NCBI GenBank assembly: GCA_038257335.1
Contig: JBBSJJ010000001.1
Span: 2,589-66,588 of the forward strand
Reading direction: 5' to 3'
DNA: 64,000 nucleotides
DNA from: Chitinophagales bacterium
GTDB lineage: Bacteria; Bacteroidota; Bacteroidia; Chitinophagales; Chitinophagaceae
The position numbers were made by a program, and so were the translations under genes. This document shows positions 35,337-45,072 of the stretch, piece after piece. Position 1 is the first letter of the stretch. Every line of letters starts with the position of its first letter. The notes beneath the pieces are model-generated. The model had not been told where the DNA came from. It worked only from the letters and a program-made list of their open reading frames with translations, and did no database searches.

Positions 35337-37781
35337 ATGAAAAAACTCTTTACAACACTGGTATTATCCAGTTGCGCACTTTTCAGTTTTGCCCAGAGCG
35401 GCGGAAAAATTTCAGGGATGATCAAAGACGGAGGCAATCAAAAGATTATTGATGCTGCTACGATTTCTTTGTTGAAATCGCAGGATTCGAGCCTGGTTAA
35501 AACCTCTCTGACAGACAAAGGCGGAAACTTTTCGTTTGAAAATTTGAAAGAAGGAAAATATTTGGTAATGGCCACTTCTTTTGGGCATGCTAAAGTGTAT
35601 AGCAAAACCATACAGATTGATGCCGCCGGCTTAGAAGCCAATACCGGTATTTTACAGTTGACACCCACTACAAAAGACTTGGGTGCAGTAACAGTTACTG
35701 CTAAAAAGCAGTTTGTAGAACGCAAGATTGATAAGACTATTATTAACCCTGATGCAATGATTAGCAACGCAGGTGCTACTGCCCTTGAGATGTTGGAGAA
35801 AGCACCTGGTGTTACCATCGATAAAGATGGCAACATCAGCCTTAAAGGAAAACAAGGGGTAGTTGTGATGCTGGATGGTAAGCCAAGTTTTATGAGTGGC
35901 CCCGACCTCGTAAATTATCTTACCAATTTGCCTGCGGGAAATATAGACCAGGTAGAAATAATGACCAATCCACCAGCAAAATATGATGCTGCCGGTAACT
36001 CAGGCATCATCAATATAAAAAGTAAAAAAAGTAAGCAAAAAGGTTTTAATGGTTCATTGAGCACATCGCAGGGCCATGGAGAAAATTTTCGCAGCGCAAA
36101 CAGTTTGAGTCTTAATTATCGCCAGGGCAAAATCAATACCTTCAGCACTTTTAATGTAAACTACAGGGAGAACCCGCAATGGCTGGACATAAACAGGGAA
36201 TATCTGCATAATGATAAAACCGTACAATCCATTTTTGAACAGGAGTCTTACCGCATGCGTATCTCTCGTTTTTATAATACCAGGGTGGGAATGGATTATT
36301 ACGCAAACAACAAAACTACTCTTGGCCTTGTGCTCACCGGGTACCTCAATCCATCTAACGAAAACAGCACCAATTTGTCTAAGTTCTATAGCCCCATCAA
36401 ACAGTTAGATTCTAGTTTGGTTTCAAAAGCAAAAATCGATGGCCAGGGAGATCACCAGGGCATTAACCTAAACATGCGTCACAAATTTGATTCAAGTGGC
36501 AGAGAGTTAACAGCTGATGTAGATTATCTTAGATATGACAACACCTCCACACAAAGCATGGTTAATACCGGTTTTGCGGCAAACGAATCTTCTAAATATC
36601 AATATATCAGAAGCGGCAATCTTCCGTCTTTACTAGATATTTTTTCTGTTAAGACAGATTATGTACAAACGATTGGCAAAAAGATAAAACTGGAAGCTGG
36701 TTTAAAAACTTCATTTGTAAAAACAGACAATAAAGCTAATTATTACTTAACCCAAGGTGCTGTTACCAAGGTTGATTACACCAGCACAAATTATTTTGAA
36801 TATAAGGAAAACCTAAATGCAGGGTATGTAAACTTTAGTACCGAAAGAAAAAAATGGGGTTTTCAAACGGGCTTAAGAATTGAAAATACCAACTACGAAG
36901 GGTTGCAGTATGGCAATCCCACCAGGCCGGACTCTTCTTTTACTAAAAGTTATACCAGTGCATTTCCTACCATGTATGTAAGTTACCAGATGGATAAAAA
37001 GAACCAATTTGGATTATCATACGGCCGCCGCATCAGCAGGCCCGATTATGAAGATCTAAATCCATTCTTTCACTACATAGATCCCTATACGTATGAAGTG
37101 GGTAACCCATTTTTAAAGCCAATGTTTGCCAATACAATTGAATTGACGCATGGTTTTAAAAATATATTGAATACCTCTTTCACCTACACACATACCAAAG
37201 ATTTATTTGGAGAATCTTTTGCACGGGAAGATTCAGCCATTGTGGTAAGAAACGCCAATTTTGGGGAGTCGCATAATTTCAATTTATCTATAGGGGCTCA
37301 GGTTTCCGTGGCAAAATGGTGGAAATCAAACATCAACACCCAAGCCAACAATAGCCAGCTAAAAGGAACACTAAATGGTAATGATGTAGATATTAATCTA
37401 AACATGTTCACCGTAAGCATCAACAACCAGTTCACCTTTAAAAAAGGCTGGAGTGCAGAGCTATCTGGCTTTTACCGATCCAAGGGTTCAGAAGGGCAGA
37501 TCATTATTAGAGAAATGCTACAACTCAATGCAGGGGTTCAGAAACAAATTTTAAAAAAGAAAGGCACTTTGAAGTTAGCTATCAGTGATATTTCAGGTCC
37601 CACCAGGGCAAGGGGTTATTTAGAAGATGTGGCTGCAGCAAAAGCTTCTTTTCAACAATACCGGGATAGCAGGGTAGCTACCCTCACCTTCAACTACCGT
37701 TTTGGCAAAATGTACAAAGCTGAGAAACGTAAGACAGGCGGAGCTGGAGAAGAGCAGAACAGAGCCGGCGGTGCTAACTAA
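35337..37781 (+). CDS. TonB-dependent-like outer-membrane beta-barrel protein (carboxypeptidase-like N-domain, plug, barrel)
   Basis: Signal peptide, LEMLEKAPGVTID...KGKQG, IEIMTNPPAKYDAAG-like plug motif, and C-terminal LTFNYRFG. Confidence 0.85.
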   Translation: MKKLFTTLVLSSCALFSFAQSGGKISGMIKDGGNQKIIDAATISLLKSQDSSLVKTSLTDKGGNFSFENLKEGKYLVMATSFGHAKVYSKTIQIDAAGLEANTGILQLTPTTKDLGAVTVTAKKQFVERKIDKTIINPDAMISNAGATALEMLEKAPGVTIDKDGNISLKGKQGVVVMLDGKPSFMSGPDLVNYLTNLPAGNIDQVEIMTNPPAKYDAAGNSGIINIKSKKSKQKGFNGSLSTSQGHGENFRSANSLSLNYRQGKINTFSTFNVNYRENPQWLDINREYLHNDKTVQSIFEQESYRMRISRFYNTRVGMDYYANNKTTLGLVLTGYLNPSNENSTNLSKFYSPIKQLDSSLVSKAKIDGQGDHQGINLNMRHKFDSSGRELTADVDYLRYDNTSTQSMVNTGFAANESSKYQYIRSGNLPSLLDIFSVKTDYVQTIGKKIKLEAGLKTSFVKTDNKANYYLTQGAVTKVDYTSTNYFEYKENLNAGYVNFSTERKKWGFQTGLRIENTNYEGLQYGNPTRPDSSFTKSYTSAFPTMYVSYQMDKKNQFGLSYGRRISRPDYEDLNPFFHYIDPYTYEVGNPFLKPMFANTIELTHGFKNILNTSFTYTHTKDLFGESFAREDSAIVVRNANFGESHNFNLSIGAQVSVAKWWKSNINTQANNSQLKGTLNGNDVDINLNMFTVSINNQFTFKKGWSAELSGFYRSKGSEGQIIIREMLQLNAGVQKQILKKKGTLKLAISDISGPTRARGYLEDVAAAKASFQQYRDSRVATLTFNYRFGKMYKAEKRKTGGAGEEQNRAGGAN

Positions 37782-37797
37782 TAGCAATGTTAAATGT

Positions 37798-37826
37798 AAA
37801 CGCAGCCGATAGGCTGCGTTTTTTTA
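37798..37826 (+). terminator. Intrinsic terminator
   Basis: AAACGCAGCC-GATA-GGCTGCGTTT followed by a T-tract. Confidence 0.8.
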
Positions 37827-37846
37827 TATTTGTAAAAAATACCATT

Positions 37847-38338
37847 ATGCCATCATTTGATTTAGTAAGCAAAGTTGACCTTCAAACCCTTGATAATGCC
37901 ATCAACGTCGTAAACAAAGAGGTTAGCAATCGTTTTGATTTTAAAGGCTCTCATGTTGTGATAGACCTCAACAAAAAAGATTTTAAATTAACGCTGGAGG
38001 CCGACAGTGAAATGAAGCTGCAGCAAATTATAGATGTGCTCATTAGCCGGAGCATGAAGCAAGGCCTTGCCGCAGAAGTGTACGACCTTAGCAAAGAACC
38101 CTACCCAAGCGGAAAAGTTACCAAGCAGGAAGTGTTGGTGAGAAACGGCATTAAGCAGGAAGATGCCAAAAAAATTGTGAAGCTTATAAAAGACAGTGGT
38201 ATTAAAGTGCAGGTAGCCATAATGGATGATATCATAAGGGTTACTGGCAAAAAGATAGACGATTTGCAGGAAGTGATACAGGCGAGCAAGACCTGGAACA
38301 TTGGATTGGCCCTGCAATTTGTAAATATGAAGAGTTAG
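37847..38338 (+). CDS. yajQ: YajQ family (cyclic di-GMP/nucleotide-binding) protein
   Basis: MPSFDLVSKVD...RFDFKGS...RVTGKKIDDLQ. Start reassigned from 37787. Confidence 0.93.
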   Translation: MPSFDLVSKVDLQTLDNAINVVNKEVSNRFDFKGSHVVIDLNKKDFKLTLEADSEMKLQQIIDVLISRSMKQGLAAEVYDLSKEPYPSGKVTKQEVLVRNGIKQEDAKKIVKLIKDSGIKVQVAIMDDIIRVTGKKIDDLQEVIQASKTWNIGLALQFVNMKS

Positions 38339-38420
38339 ACCCTTTTTTTGAAGCTAAATGCCTTACATTTGCGCTTTAATAACTGATGTACGGCAAAACC
38401 CGTACAGTAAACACACAAAA

Positions 38421-38678
38421 ATGAAGCAAGACATTCACCCAAAGAACTACAGGATGGTAGTTTTTAAAGACATGAGTAACGGTACCACTTTTTTGAGCCG
38501 TTCTACTGCAGATAGTAAAGAAGTGATCGTATTTGAGGAAGATGGCCAGGAATACCCGGTTATCAAATTGGAGATCTCTAACACTTCTCACCCGTTTTAT
38601 ACCGGTAAGAATGTACTGGTAGATACCGCAGGCCGTATCGATAAGTTTAAAAAACGTTACGAAAAGAAAGCTAAATAA
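38421..38678 (+). CDS. rpmE2: 50S ribosomal protein L31 type B (Zn-free)
   Basis: MKQDIHP...[12 protein letters not shown]...[10 protein letters not shown], with no Cys motifs. TACATTTG promoter at 38364-38371. Confidence 0.94.
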   Translation: MKQDIHPKNYRMVVFKDMSNGTTFLSRSTADSKEVIVFEEDGQEYPVIKLEISNTSHPFYTGKNVLVDTAGRIDKFKKRYEKKAK

Positions 38679-38731
38679 TTGGTATAGATATATTCTTTAT
38701 CCCAAGTTTGTTTTTCATGGCTATACTTTAA

Positions 38732-38762
38732 AGTCCCTCCGGTTTACCGGGGGGATTTTTTT
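38732..38762 (+). terminator. Intrinsic terminator after rpmE2
   Basis: TCCCTCCGG-TTTA-CCGGGGGGA followed by a T-tract. Confidence 0.75.
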
Positions 38763-38829
38763 GCCCCGGTTTTTATTATTTTAGATACAATCATCTTTTG
38801 AGCACAGCATTTTCATTATTTTTATCAGG

Positions 38830-39870
38830 ATGAATATATTTTTAGATGAGAGCAGAACCAGGGAGGGTTTGTTTCCTTTTACACTTACCCGGCATGTGGC
38901 CGATGTCCGTATCGGCATTTTAACTATCAGGCAAAAGTGGGAAATGCTTACCGGGCTGCCCATAATTACAGACCCGGCTTTACAAAACCCAGCTAGTATT
39001 GTGGTGCAGGCCAATATCATCCCCACCGCTATTTCCATTGATCAAATTTTAAAAGCAGCAAAAGACGAAACCCCGGTTTTAGAAAACGACGAATTGAGAA
39101 TGTTGCATTGGCCCTGGCAAATATTTCAATACAACGATTGGGCGCTGCGACACGATTTTGATAGTTTAACCAACGGTAAAATTTCGGCGTCCATCTCTCA
39201 CAGCAATCAATGCATCAACGAAAATCAAATTTTTGTGGAGGAGCACGCCGTAGTAGAGTATTGCACTTTGAATGCTGCAACCGGCCCAATTTACATTGGT
39301 AAAAATGCAGTGCTCATGGAGGGTACACAGATCCGTGGGCCTTTTAGTGCGGGCGAAGGATCGGTAGTAAAAATGGGTGCAAAAATTTATGGGGCCACTA
39401 CACTCGGACCATTTTGCGTGGCTGGGGGCGAAATCAAGAACAGTATATTATTTGGTTTCAGCAATAAGGCTCACGAGGGTTACCTGGGTGATAGCGTAAT
39501 TGGCGAATGGTGCAACCTGGGTGCAGGTACCAGCAACAGTAATGTAAAAAATACCGGTGGCCAGGTTACTTATTATCAATATAGCAATGCCCCTGGAAAG
39601 CAGGCGGGCAGCAAGGCGGGGCTAATCATGGGCGACTATAGCCGCTGCGCCATCAACACAGCTTTCAACACAGGTACTGTTGTAGGCGTTAGTTGCAATA
39701 TCTTTGGCCAGCGTCCACCCAGGTATGTTCCGGATTTTTCGTGGGGAGCCGATAGGTACATATTTGAAAAAGTAATTCAGGATATTGCCAATTGGAAAAA
39801 AATGAAGGGCAGGGATGTATTGCCCGCCGAAATAGAAATGCTCAAACAATTATATTCACACACACCATAA
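38830..39870 (+). CDS. GlmU-like putative sugar nucleotidyltransferase with hexapeptide repeats
   Basis: LFPFTLTRHVADVRIGILTIRQKW N-terminus and GGEIKNS...NKAHEGYLGDSVIGEWCNLGAGT. Confidence 0.85.
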   Translation: MNIFLDESRTREGLFPFTLTRHVADVRIGILTIRQKWEMLTGLPIITDPALQNPASIVVQANIIPTAISIDQILKAAKDETPVLENDELRMLHWPWQIFQYNDWALRHDFDSLTNGKISASISHSNQCINENQIFVEEHAVVEYCTLNAATGPIYIGKNAVLMEGTQIRGPFSAGEGSVVKMGAKIYGATTLGPFCVAGGEIKNSILFGFSNKAHEGYLGDSVIGEWCNLGAGTSNSNVKNTGGQVTYYQYSNAPGKQAGSKAGLIMGDYSRCAINTAFNTGTVVGVSCNIFGQRPPRYVPDFSWGADRYIFEKVIQDIANWKKMKGRDVLPAEIEMLKQLYSHTP

Positions 39871-39879
39871 CCTCACAAC

Positions 39880-40641
39880 ATGCGTAAACAAATAGCCGCT
39901 GCAAACTGGAAAATGAACCTTAGTCTTCAGCAGGCAGAAGAACTCATCAAGGCCCTCGTAGCAAGCAATATCTCTTTGGGAGAAAACCAACTGGCACTCT
40001 TTGGGGTACCATTCCCTTATATTTTGCCCATCAAACAATTATTAGATGGTAAGCAAAACCTTTTTGTGACAGCACAAAATTGTTCAGCCAACGCCAACGG
40101 TGCTTTCACCGGAGAAGTAAGTGCAGAGATGCTGCAAAGCATCGGCCTGAAGTACGTTATCATCGGCCATAGCGAACGCAGGGAATATAATTACGAAACC
40201 AATGCCGGATTGGCTGAAAAAGTAAACATTGCCCTGGATCATAAGCTGCAGCCGGTTTTTTGCTGCGGCGAAGCTTTTGGCGTACGAGAAGCGGGCGAGC
40301 AAGATGAGTATGTAAAAGTACAATTAATGGAAAGCCTTTTTCACCTGGAGGCAGCGCAAATGAAAAACTTTATCATCGCTTATGAACCCATCTGGGCCAT
40401 AGGAACAGGCAAAACTGCCAGCAGCGAACAGGCGCAGGAAATGCATGCCCATATCCGCAGTGTAATGGCAAGCCAGTACGGCAAAGATATTGCAGATAGT
40501 ATTTCTATTCTCTACGGAGGCAGTGTGAAAGCAGCCAATGCGGCTGAGATTTTTGGTAAGCCAGATGTGGATGGTGGATTGGTTGGCGGGGCAAGCCTGG
40601 TAGCAACAGAATTTGCTGCCATAATAAAGGGCTTGAAATAA
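39880..40641 (+). CDS. tpiA: Triosephosphate isomerase
   Basis: AANWKMN, IGHSERR, AYEPIWAIGTG, YGGSV and LVGGASL motifs. Confidence 0.98.
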   Translation: MRKQIAAANWKMNLSLQQAEELIKALVASNISLGENQLALFGVPFPYILPIKQLLDGKQNLFVTAQNCSANANGAFTGEVSAEMLQSIGLKYVIIGHSERREYNYETNAGLAEKVNIALDHKLQPVFCCGEAFGVREAGEQDEYVKVQLMESLFHLEAAQMKNFIIAYEPIWAIGTGKTASSEQAQEMHAHIRSVMASQYGKDIADSISILYGGSVKAANAAEIFGKPDVDGGLVGGASLVATEFAAIIKGLK

Positions 40642-40654
40642 GACCAAGCAATTG

Positions 40655-42079
40655 TCAAAGTGTTTTACGGCTTTTAAAATATTTGTAAAGAGCTGGCGCT
40701 ATAATAATGGTAGTTATGCCTAGCATGGATAGTAAAAAAAATAGGGGAGATACATTTCCCTTGAGGGATAAACTTACAAGGAAATAAAATGAACCGAGTG
40801 CCCCAAATAAGACAGTTAAATAACGTAGAGGAATTAACTGCCAGAGCGTAGTGTCCATTATTTTAGCCGACAGAATAAGGTAATATAATACTTGCAGGTA
40901 GGTAGAAATTACCAAAGCCAAAACAATTCCCCTGGTTCCCAACCACGGATATAAAACTACCATTAATGAAAGCGATAAGCAGATGTCCATTGCAGAACCC
41001 AAAGCTAATTTCCCTGCCTGGCCATAGGACTGAAGCAAAACTCCATAATGACTAATACGCAAAGGGATAATAAAAATGCTTATCAGGAATATGGGTATTG
41101 ATTCATTGTACTTATTGTTAAAAATAATAGAGTAGGCTTCCTGGTGACTAAATAACAGGAAGAAGAATATTGGAAAGGAAATCAGCGATAATATTTTAAA
41201 ACTTTCCCGGAAAATATTCCTGGAAAGTTTTTTATTGCCCGGGTTCTCAGCAATGTTTGTAAGCATCACATTTTCCATAGCACTTATCATTATTGCAAAT
41301 ATTGGTATTTCAAATGAGCCATTAAAAAAGATGGCAAATTCCTTTGGTGATAAAAGATAAACCAGGAATATCTTATCAAGCCAGCGGGCAATAATACCGA
41401 GTACCTCATTTCCTCCGGTATACAACCAATTGCTGAAGAAGCCCGGAGACGCAGGGATTATCGTCTCGTTGACATCAGGCGCTCCTTTTGATGCCAGGAG
41501 AGCTATCGACTTAAGCATTGCAAGAATCATTATTGAGACCAACAATTGATTTAGAACGAAGTGGTTGAAATAAAAATAAAGGTGAATTCCAAAAAAAAGC
41601 ACAGAGTAGACAAAATTTATGAAGAGGTATGATTTAAGTTGGTTCTTTTTAATGAGGATGCTATCTGCAATAGTTGCACAGAATTGCATAATTATGAAGC
41701 CGGTTAATATCAGCTTCCCCGACAGGCCAATATTCCCTGCCGAGTAATAAAGAAATCCAAAGGCAATTATCCAACAAAAAATATAGAGAGTTGCTATTTT
41801 TTTTTTTTGAAGGTCAATATATTTTTTTAACCAACTTACGGGAGTCGCAAATATAATTGTCGGAAGTCCAAAGGCTATAATCGTGCATACAAGATTTGTG
41901 AAAATCCAGACGGTTTGGAACTGTCCGTAATCCTGGTAAGAAAGTTTGCGGGAATACAAGACTGTAATTATGAGAAAGAATGCAATAGGCAGTAGTTTGC
42001 CAATAAAAATAGAGGGTAGTTTTTGCTGCACTTTTAAATGCCAGCTATCCTCGTTATTTTGATCGGCTTGTGCACTCAC
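40655..42079 (-). CDS. Oligosaccharide flippase / polysaccharide export protein (Wzx/MOP family)
   Basis: ~12-14 hydrophobic segments with YGQFQ, WLDKIFLVYLLS..EFAIF and Y..SIPIF patterns. The exact start is uncertain. Confidence 0.78.
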   Translation of the reverse strand: MSAQADQNNEDSWHLKVQQKLPSIFIGKLLPIAFFLIITVLYSRKLSYQDYGQFQTVWIFTNLVCTIIAFGLPTIIFATPVSWLKKYIDLQKKKIATLYIFCWIIAFGFLYYSAGNIGLSGKLILTGFIIMQFCATIADSILIKKNQLKSYLFINFVYSVLFFGIHLYFYFNHFVLNQLLVSIMILAMLKSIALLASKGAPDVNETIIPASPGFFSNWLYTGGNEVLGIIARWLDKIFLVYLLSPKEFAIFFNGSFEIPIFAIMISAMENVMLTNIAENPGNKKLSRNIFRESFKILSLISFPIFFFLLFSHQEAYSIIFNNKYNESIPIFLISIFIIPLRISHYGVLLQSYGQAGKLALGSAMDICLSLSLMVVLYPWLGTRGIVLALVISTYLQVLYYLILSAKIMDTTLWQLIPLRYLTVLFGALGSFYFLVSLSLKGNVSPLFFLLSMLGITTIIIAPALYKYFKSRKTL

Positions 42080-42984
42080 TTTGACTTTGTTATTTCTATC
42101 TGGAATAAAAGAGGTTTCCTGAAAATGCTGTTAGAGACCTTATCAATAAAACGCCATGCACTAAAAGGAAGAAATGCCAGGACATTGTACAACCACAATT
42201 TTAATACATACTTATTACAAAATGCCTTAGTATTAACAGCTATGTCCTTTACTTTTATAAAATTCCGAATATTATTTTCATTTAAAGAATGAAGGTGTGC
42301 ATTTTTAGGCGTTAGTTTATTACAATGAATGCATAATGAATATTCGAGCTTTTCATTGTAAGGAGTTAACATAATAAACTTCCCGCCAGGTTTTATTTTT
42401 TCACAAACTCTACTTATGAACATTTCCGGGTCTACAACATGCTCCAGCACTTCGGAAGCAATCACTGCATCGAGCGAATTGTCTTGAAAGGGAAGGAAAA
42501 ACGCATCGGCAACAATGGCAGCATGATTGGGGTGAGGAAATTTTTCCAGTGCTTTCCTGGGGTTGGAAGATGAGATATCCATTGATATTACTTTCTTGCC
42601 TTTGGGAAGCAATTTTGAAGCGACCCAGGCACTTCCGCATCCAATATCTAAAATGGTTATGGCATCCGCAGGAACACTGTTTAGAATAGACTGTCTGGAC
42701 CTGGTTCGTTCCTGGTGAGTATAACCACTGTCTTTGTGATCAAAATAATCAAACTCCCTCGCATCATTTTCATAGTGAATTCGATAATCAAATGCTTCAG
42801 TGCCTTTCCTTTCTATTGATTGAATTAATACCTGCTGTTCCTTCAAAAAAATCGGTATTTTATCAACTACAGGGTAACGAATTCCTGTAACAGGATTTAC
42901 CAGGTAAGTTTCTCCGTCGTTTAGGAGAGATTGATTGTTTTCCGGATCTGCAATTATATTAAGTAGAAACTGGTTCATAGGCAT
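42076..42984 (-). CDS. SAM-dependent methyltransferase with Trm112-like N-terminal segment and a CxxC motif
   Basis: IIADPE...YPVVDKIPIF (Trm112-like), ILDIGCGS, ASEVLEHV...KPGG and CIHC. Confidence 0.8.
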   Translation of the reverse strand: MPMNQFLLNIIADPENNQSLLNDGETYLVNPVTGIRYPVVDKIPIFLKEQQVLIQSIERKGTEAFDYRIHYENDAREFDYFDHKDSGYTHQERTRSRQSILNSVPADAITILDIGCGSAWVASKLLPKGKKVISMDISSSNPRKALEKFPHPNHAAIVADAFFLPFQDNSLDAVIASEVLEHVVDPEMFISRVCEKIKPGGKFIMLTPYNEKLEYSLCIHCNKLTPKNAHLHSLNENNIRNFIKVKDIAVNTKAFCNKYVLKLWLYNVLAFLPFSAWRFIDKVSNSIFRKPLLFQIEITKSK

Positions 42985-43232
42985 CTATCGATGCAAAATA
43001 AATATTTATATTTAGATTGCAATTACTTTTAAGCCCTTCAAACAATTGCCCCATTTAGCAGTGAATTGGTGGAATTGAAGATACTATGCTTCTATAGCAC
43101 TTTATTCAATCGGGGGCTTAGTAATAATGATAAACCATTGAATCAGAAGATTCGGCCTCCTGAGATCCTTGTTTGCTTGAATATTGTGTTATTCTGTTTT
43201 CAGGATGCAGGTTTTTCAACCAAATAAAAAAA

Positions 43233-44099
43233 CTATTGTTTGTCGCTTCCTTCCCGGGTTTCTATCGCCTTGTTCTCTTGTTGTGTTTGAAAAGGACTTT
43301 TCATCAATGCAATAAAATCTTCATCTTTTTCATTCGGGTAGTACCGGTCAAGGCCATAGCGGATATCGGATGGGGCTAATTTTTTAAAGCTGCCAAACAA
43401 CCGATCCCAAATGGATAAGATGGCTCCATAATTACTGTCGGTAAAAGGCTGTTTCCAGTGATGATGCACTTTGTGCATGTTGGGTGATACAAGCACATAG
43501 CTAACGGCAGCATCCAGTCTTTTAGGTAAACTTATGTTGGCATGCGTAAACGCAGTAACCAGTATTAAAATGGTTTGAAAGATCATGACCGCATACATGG
43601 GTGCACCACTTAACAAAATACCCACGAAAAAGAAAAGGCCTCTTAACAGGCTTTCGCCGGGGTGGTGCCGCAAGCCCGTGGTCACGTCTACATTATTGTC
43701 TGCATGATGAATAACGTGAAAGCGCCACAAGAACGGAATCTTGTGTTCGGTAACATGCACCAGCCACCCACCCAAAAAATCAAGTGTAAGGAAGGATATC
43801 AAAATGGTTCCGGCAATTCCGGCATTGGTCCAGTACACCAACCCCACCTGGTGTAAACGGCACCAGTCACTCAACATCACAATGAGCACTGCCAGGAAAG
43901 TATGAATAACCAGGTGTATAATGGTGAATCCGAAATTTACACCCGCATGCCGGAGTTTGTTTTTTTTATAAGCCGGCTGCAATAAAGGAATGCTTCCCTC
44001 AATGATCCAGAAGAAAAGCAGACCGCCCACCAGGAAAGCCATTCTTTGCCCGGGGTGCCGATCCAGGGTTTCAAAATATTGCAGAATTTGTTCTAACAT
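43233..44099 (-). CDS. Sterol desaturase / fatty-acid hydroxylase family protein
   Basis: His boxes HVTEH, HVIHH, HAN and HKVHH, plus NYGAILSIWDRLFG. Confidence 0.9.
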   Translation of the reverse strand: MLEQILQYFETLDRHPGQRMAFLVGGLLFFWIIEGSIPLLQPAYKKNKLRHAGVNFGFTIIHLVIHTFLAVLIVMLSDWCRLHQVGLVYWTNAGIAGTILISFLTLDFLGGWLVHVTEHKIPFLWRFHVIHHADNNVDVTTGLRHHPGESLLRGLFFFVGILLSGAPMYAVMIFQTILILVTAFTHANISLPKRLDAAVSYVLVSPNMHKVHHHWKQPFTDSNYGAILSIWDRLFGSFKKLAPSDIRYGLDRYYPNEKDEDFIALMKSPFQTQQENKAIETREGSDKQ

Positions 44100-44341
44100 A
44101 AATCACTTTCAAAGGTATAAGGTACGAAATGCTATGCCACGCTCCGCAATAAGGGCAAACATGGTTTTGCTATTTTTTTCTATACGTAAAACTTTCCATA
44201 TAAAAAACAGGCTATTTCCTGTTTTTTTAATCAACTATTAGTCTTTCTTTTACATCGGTTTTTCATAGGATATTGGATTTTAAATCGGGGCTGGATTTCT
44301 ATCCTGGCCCTTTTTTTATTTTAACCACTTAGTTTTGTACT

Positions 44342-45001
44342 ATGAAAGTTTATTTCATTAGCGGCCTGGCTGCCGATTGCCGGGTTTTTAAACACATAAA
44401 GCTACCAACAGGTTTTGAAGCGGTTTACCTGGACTGGATTTCACCCCTCAAAAATGAAAGCCTGCAGTCATATGCTTTCAGGATGGCAGAGAAGATGGAT
44501 ACGAGCCAGCCGTTTGCTCTTGTGGGCCTATCTATGGGAGGAATGATTGCCACCGAAATTGCCAATAAATTCAACCAGGCAACTTGCATTTTATTATCCA
44601 GTGTGCCCACACATAAGCAAATGCCTGGCTATTTCAAATGGGCCTATCTTTTTAATCTTCACAAAATGGTACCCATCGGGTTACTACAAAAAATCTCAAT
44701 CCTAAAACGTGGTCTGGCGCCTGACAGCAACGAAGACAGAGCGCTTCTAAAGCAGGTAATTAAAGACAGTGATCCAGCTTTTATACGGTGGGCCATGCAC
44801 GCCATCTTAGGCTGGAAGAATGAAGCTATACCAGCCTCACTCTGGCAGATACAAGGGGATAAGGATGAGATTTTGCCGATCCGCTGGGCCCGTCCTACGC
44901 ACCGGGTGCAGGGCGGCAATCATTTAATGATCATGAGTAAGGCGCAGGAACTGAATGCATTCTTAAGGGAGGCTTTGTCACCCTTGCAGCCTCGGGCTTA
45001 A
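44342..45001 (+). CDS. Alpha/beta hydrolase
   Basis: ISGLAAD, GLSMGG, QGDKD and GGNH catalytic-triad pattern. Confidence 0.88.
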   Translation: MKVYFISGLAADCRVFKHIKLPTGFEAVYLDWISPLKNESLQSYAFRMAEKMDTSQPFALVGLSMGGMIATEIANKFNQATCILLSSVPTHKQMPGYFKWAYLFNLHKMVPIGLLQKISILKRGLAPDSNEDRALLKQVIKDSDPAFIRWAMHAILGWKNEAIPASLWQIQGDKDEILPIRWARPTHRVQGGNHLMIMSKAQELNAFLREALSPLQPRA

Positions 45002-45072
45002 TCCCAACTATAAGTTAAAGCAGCACCCTCGCTGTATCCTTAAAATGAATTTTTATTAAATTTAAGGCGGAT

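Noticed and set aside
44286-44320. Attenuator upstream of the alpha/beta hydrolase
   Set aside because: The stem is imperfect and I found no leader peptide or aptamer. There is not enough evidence.
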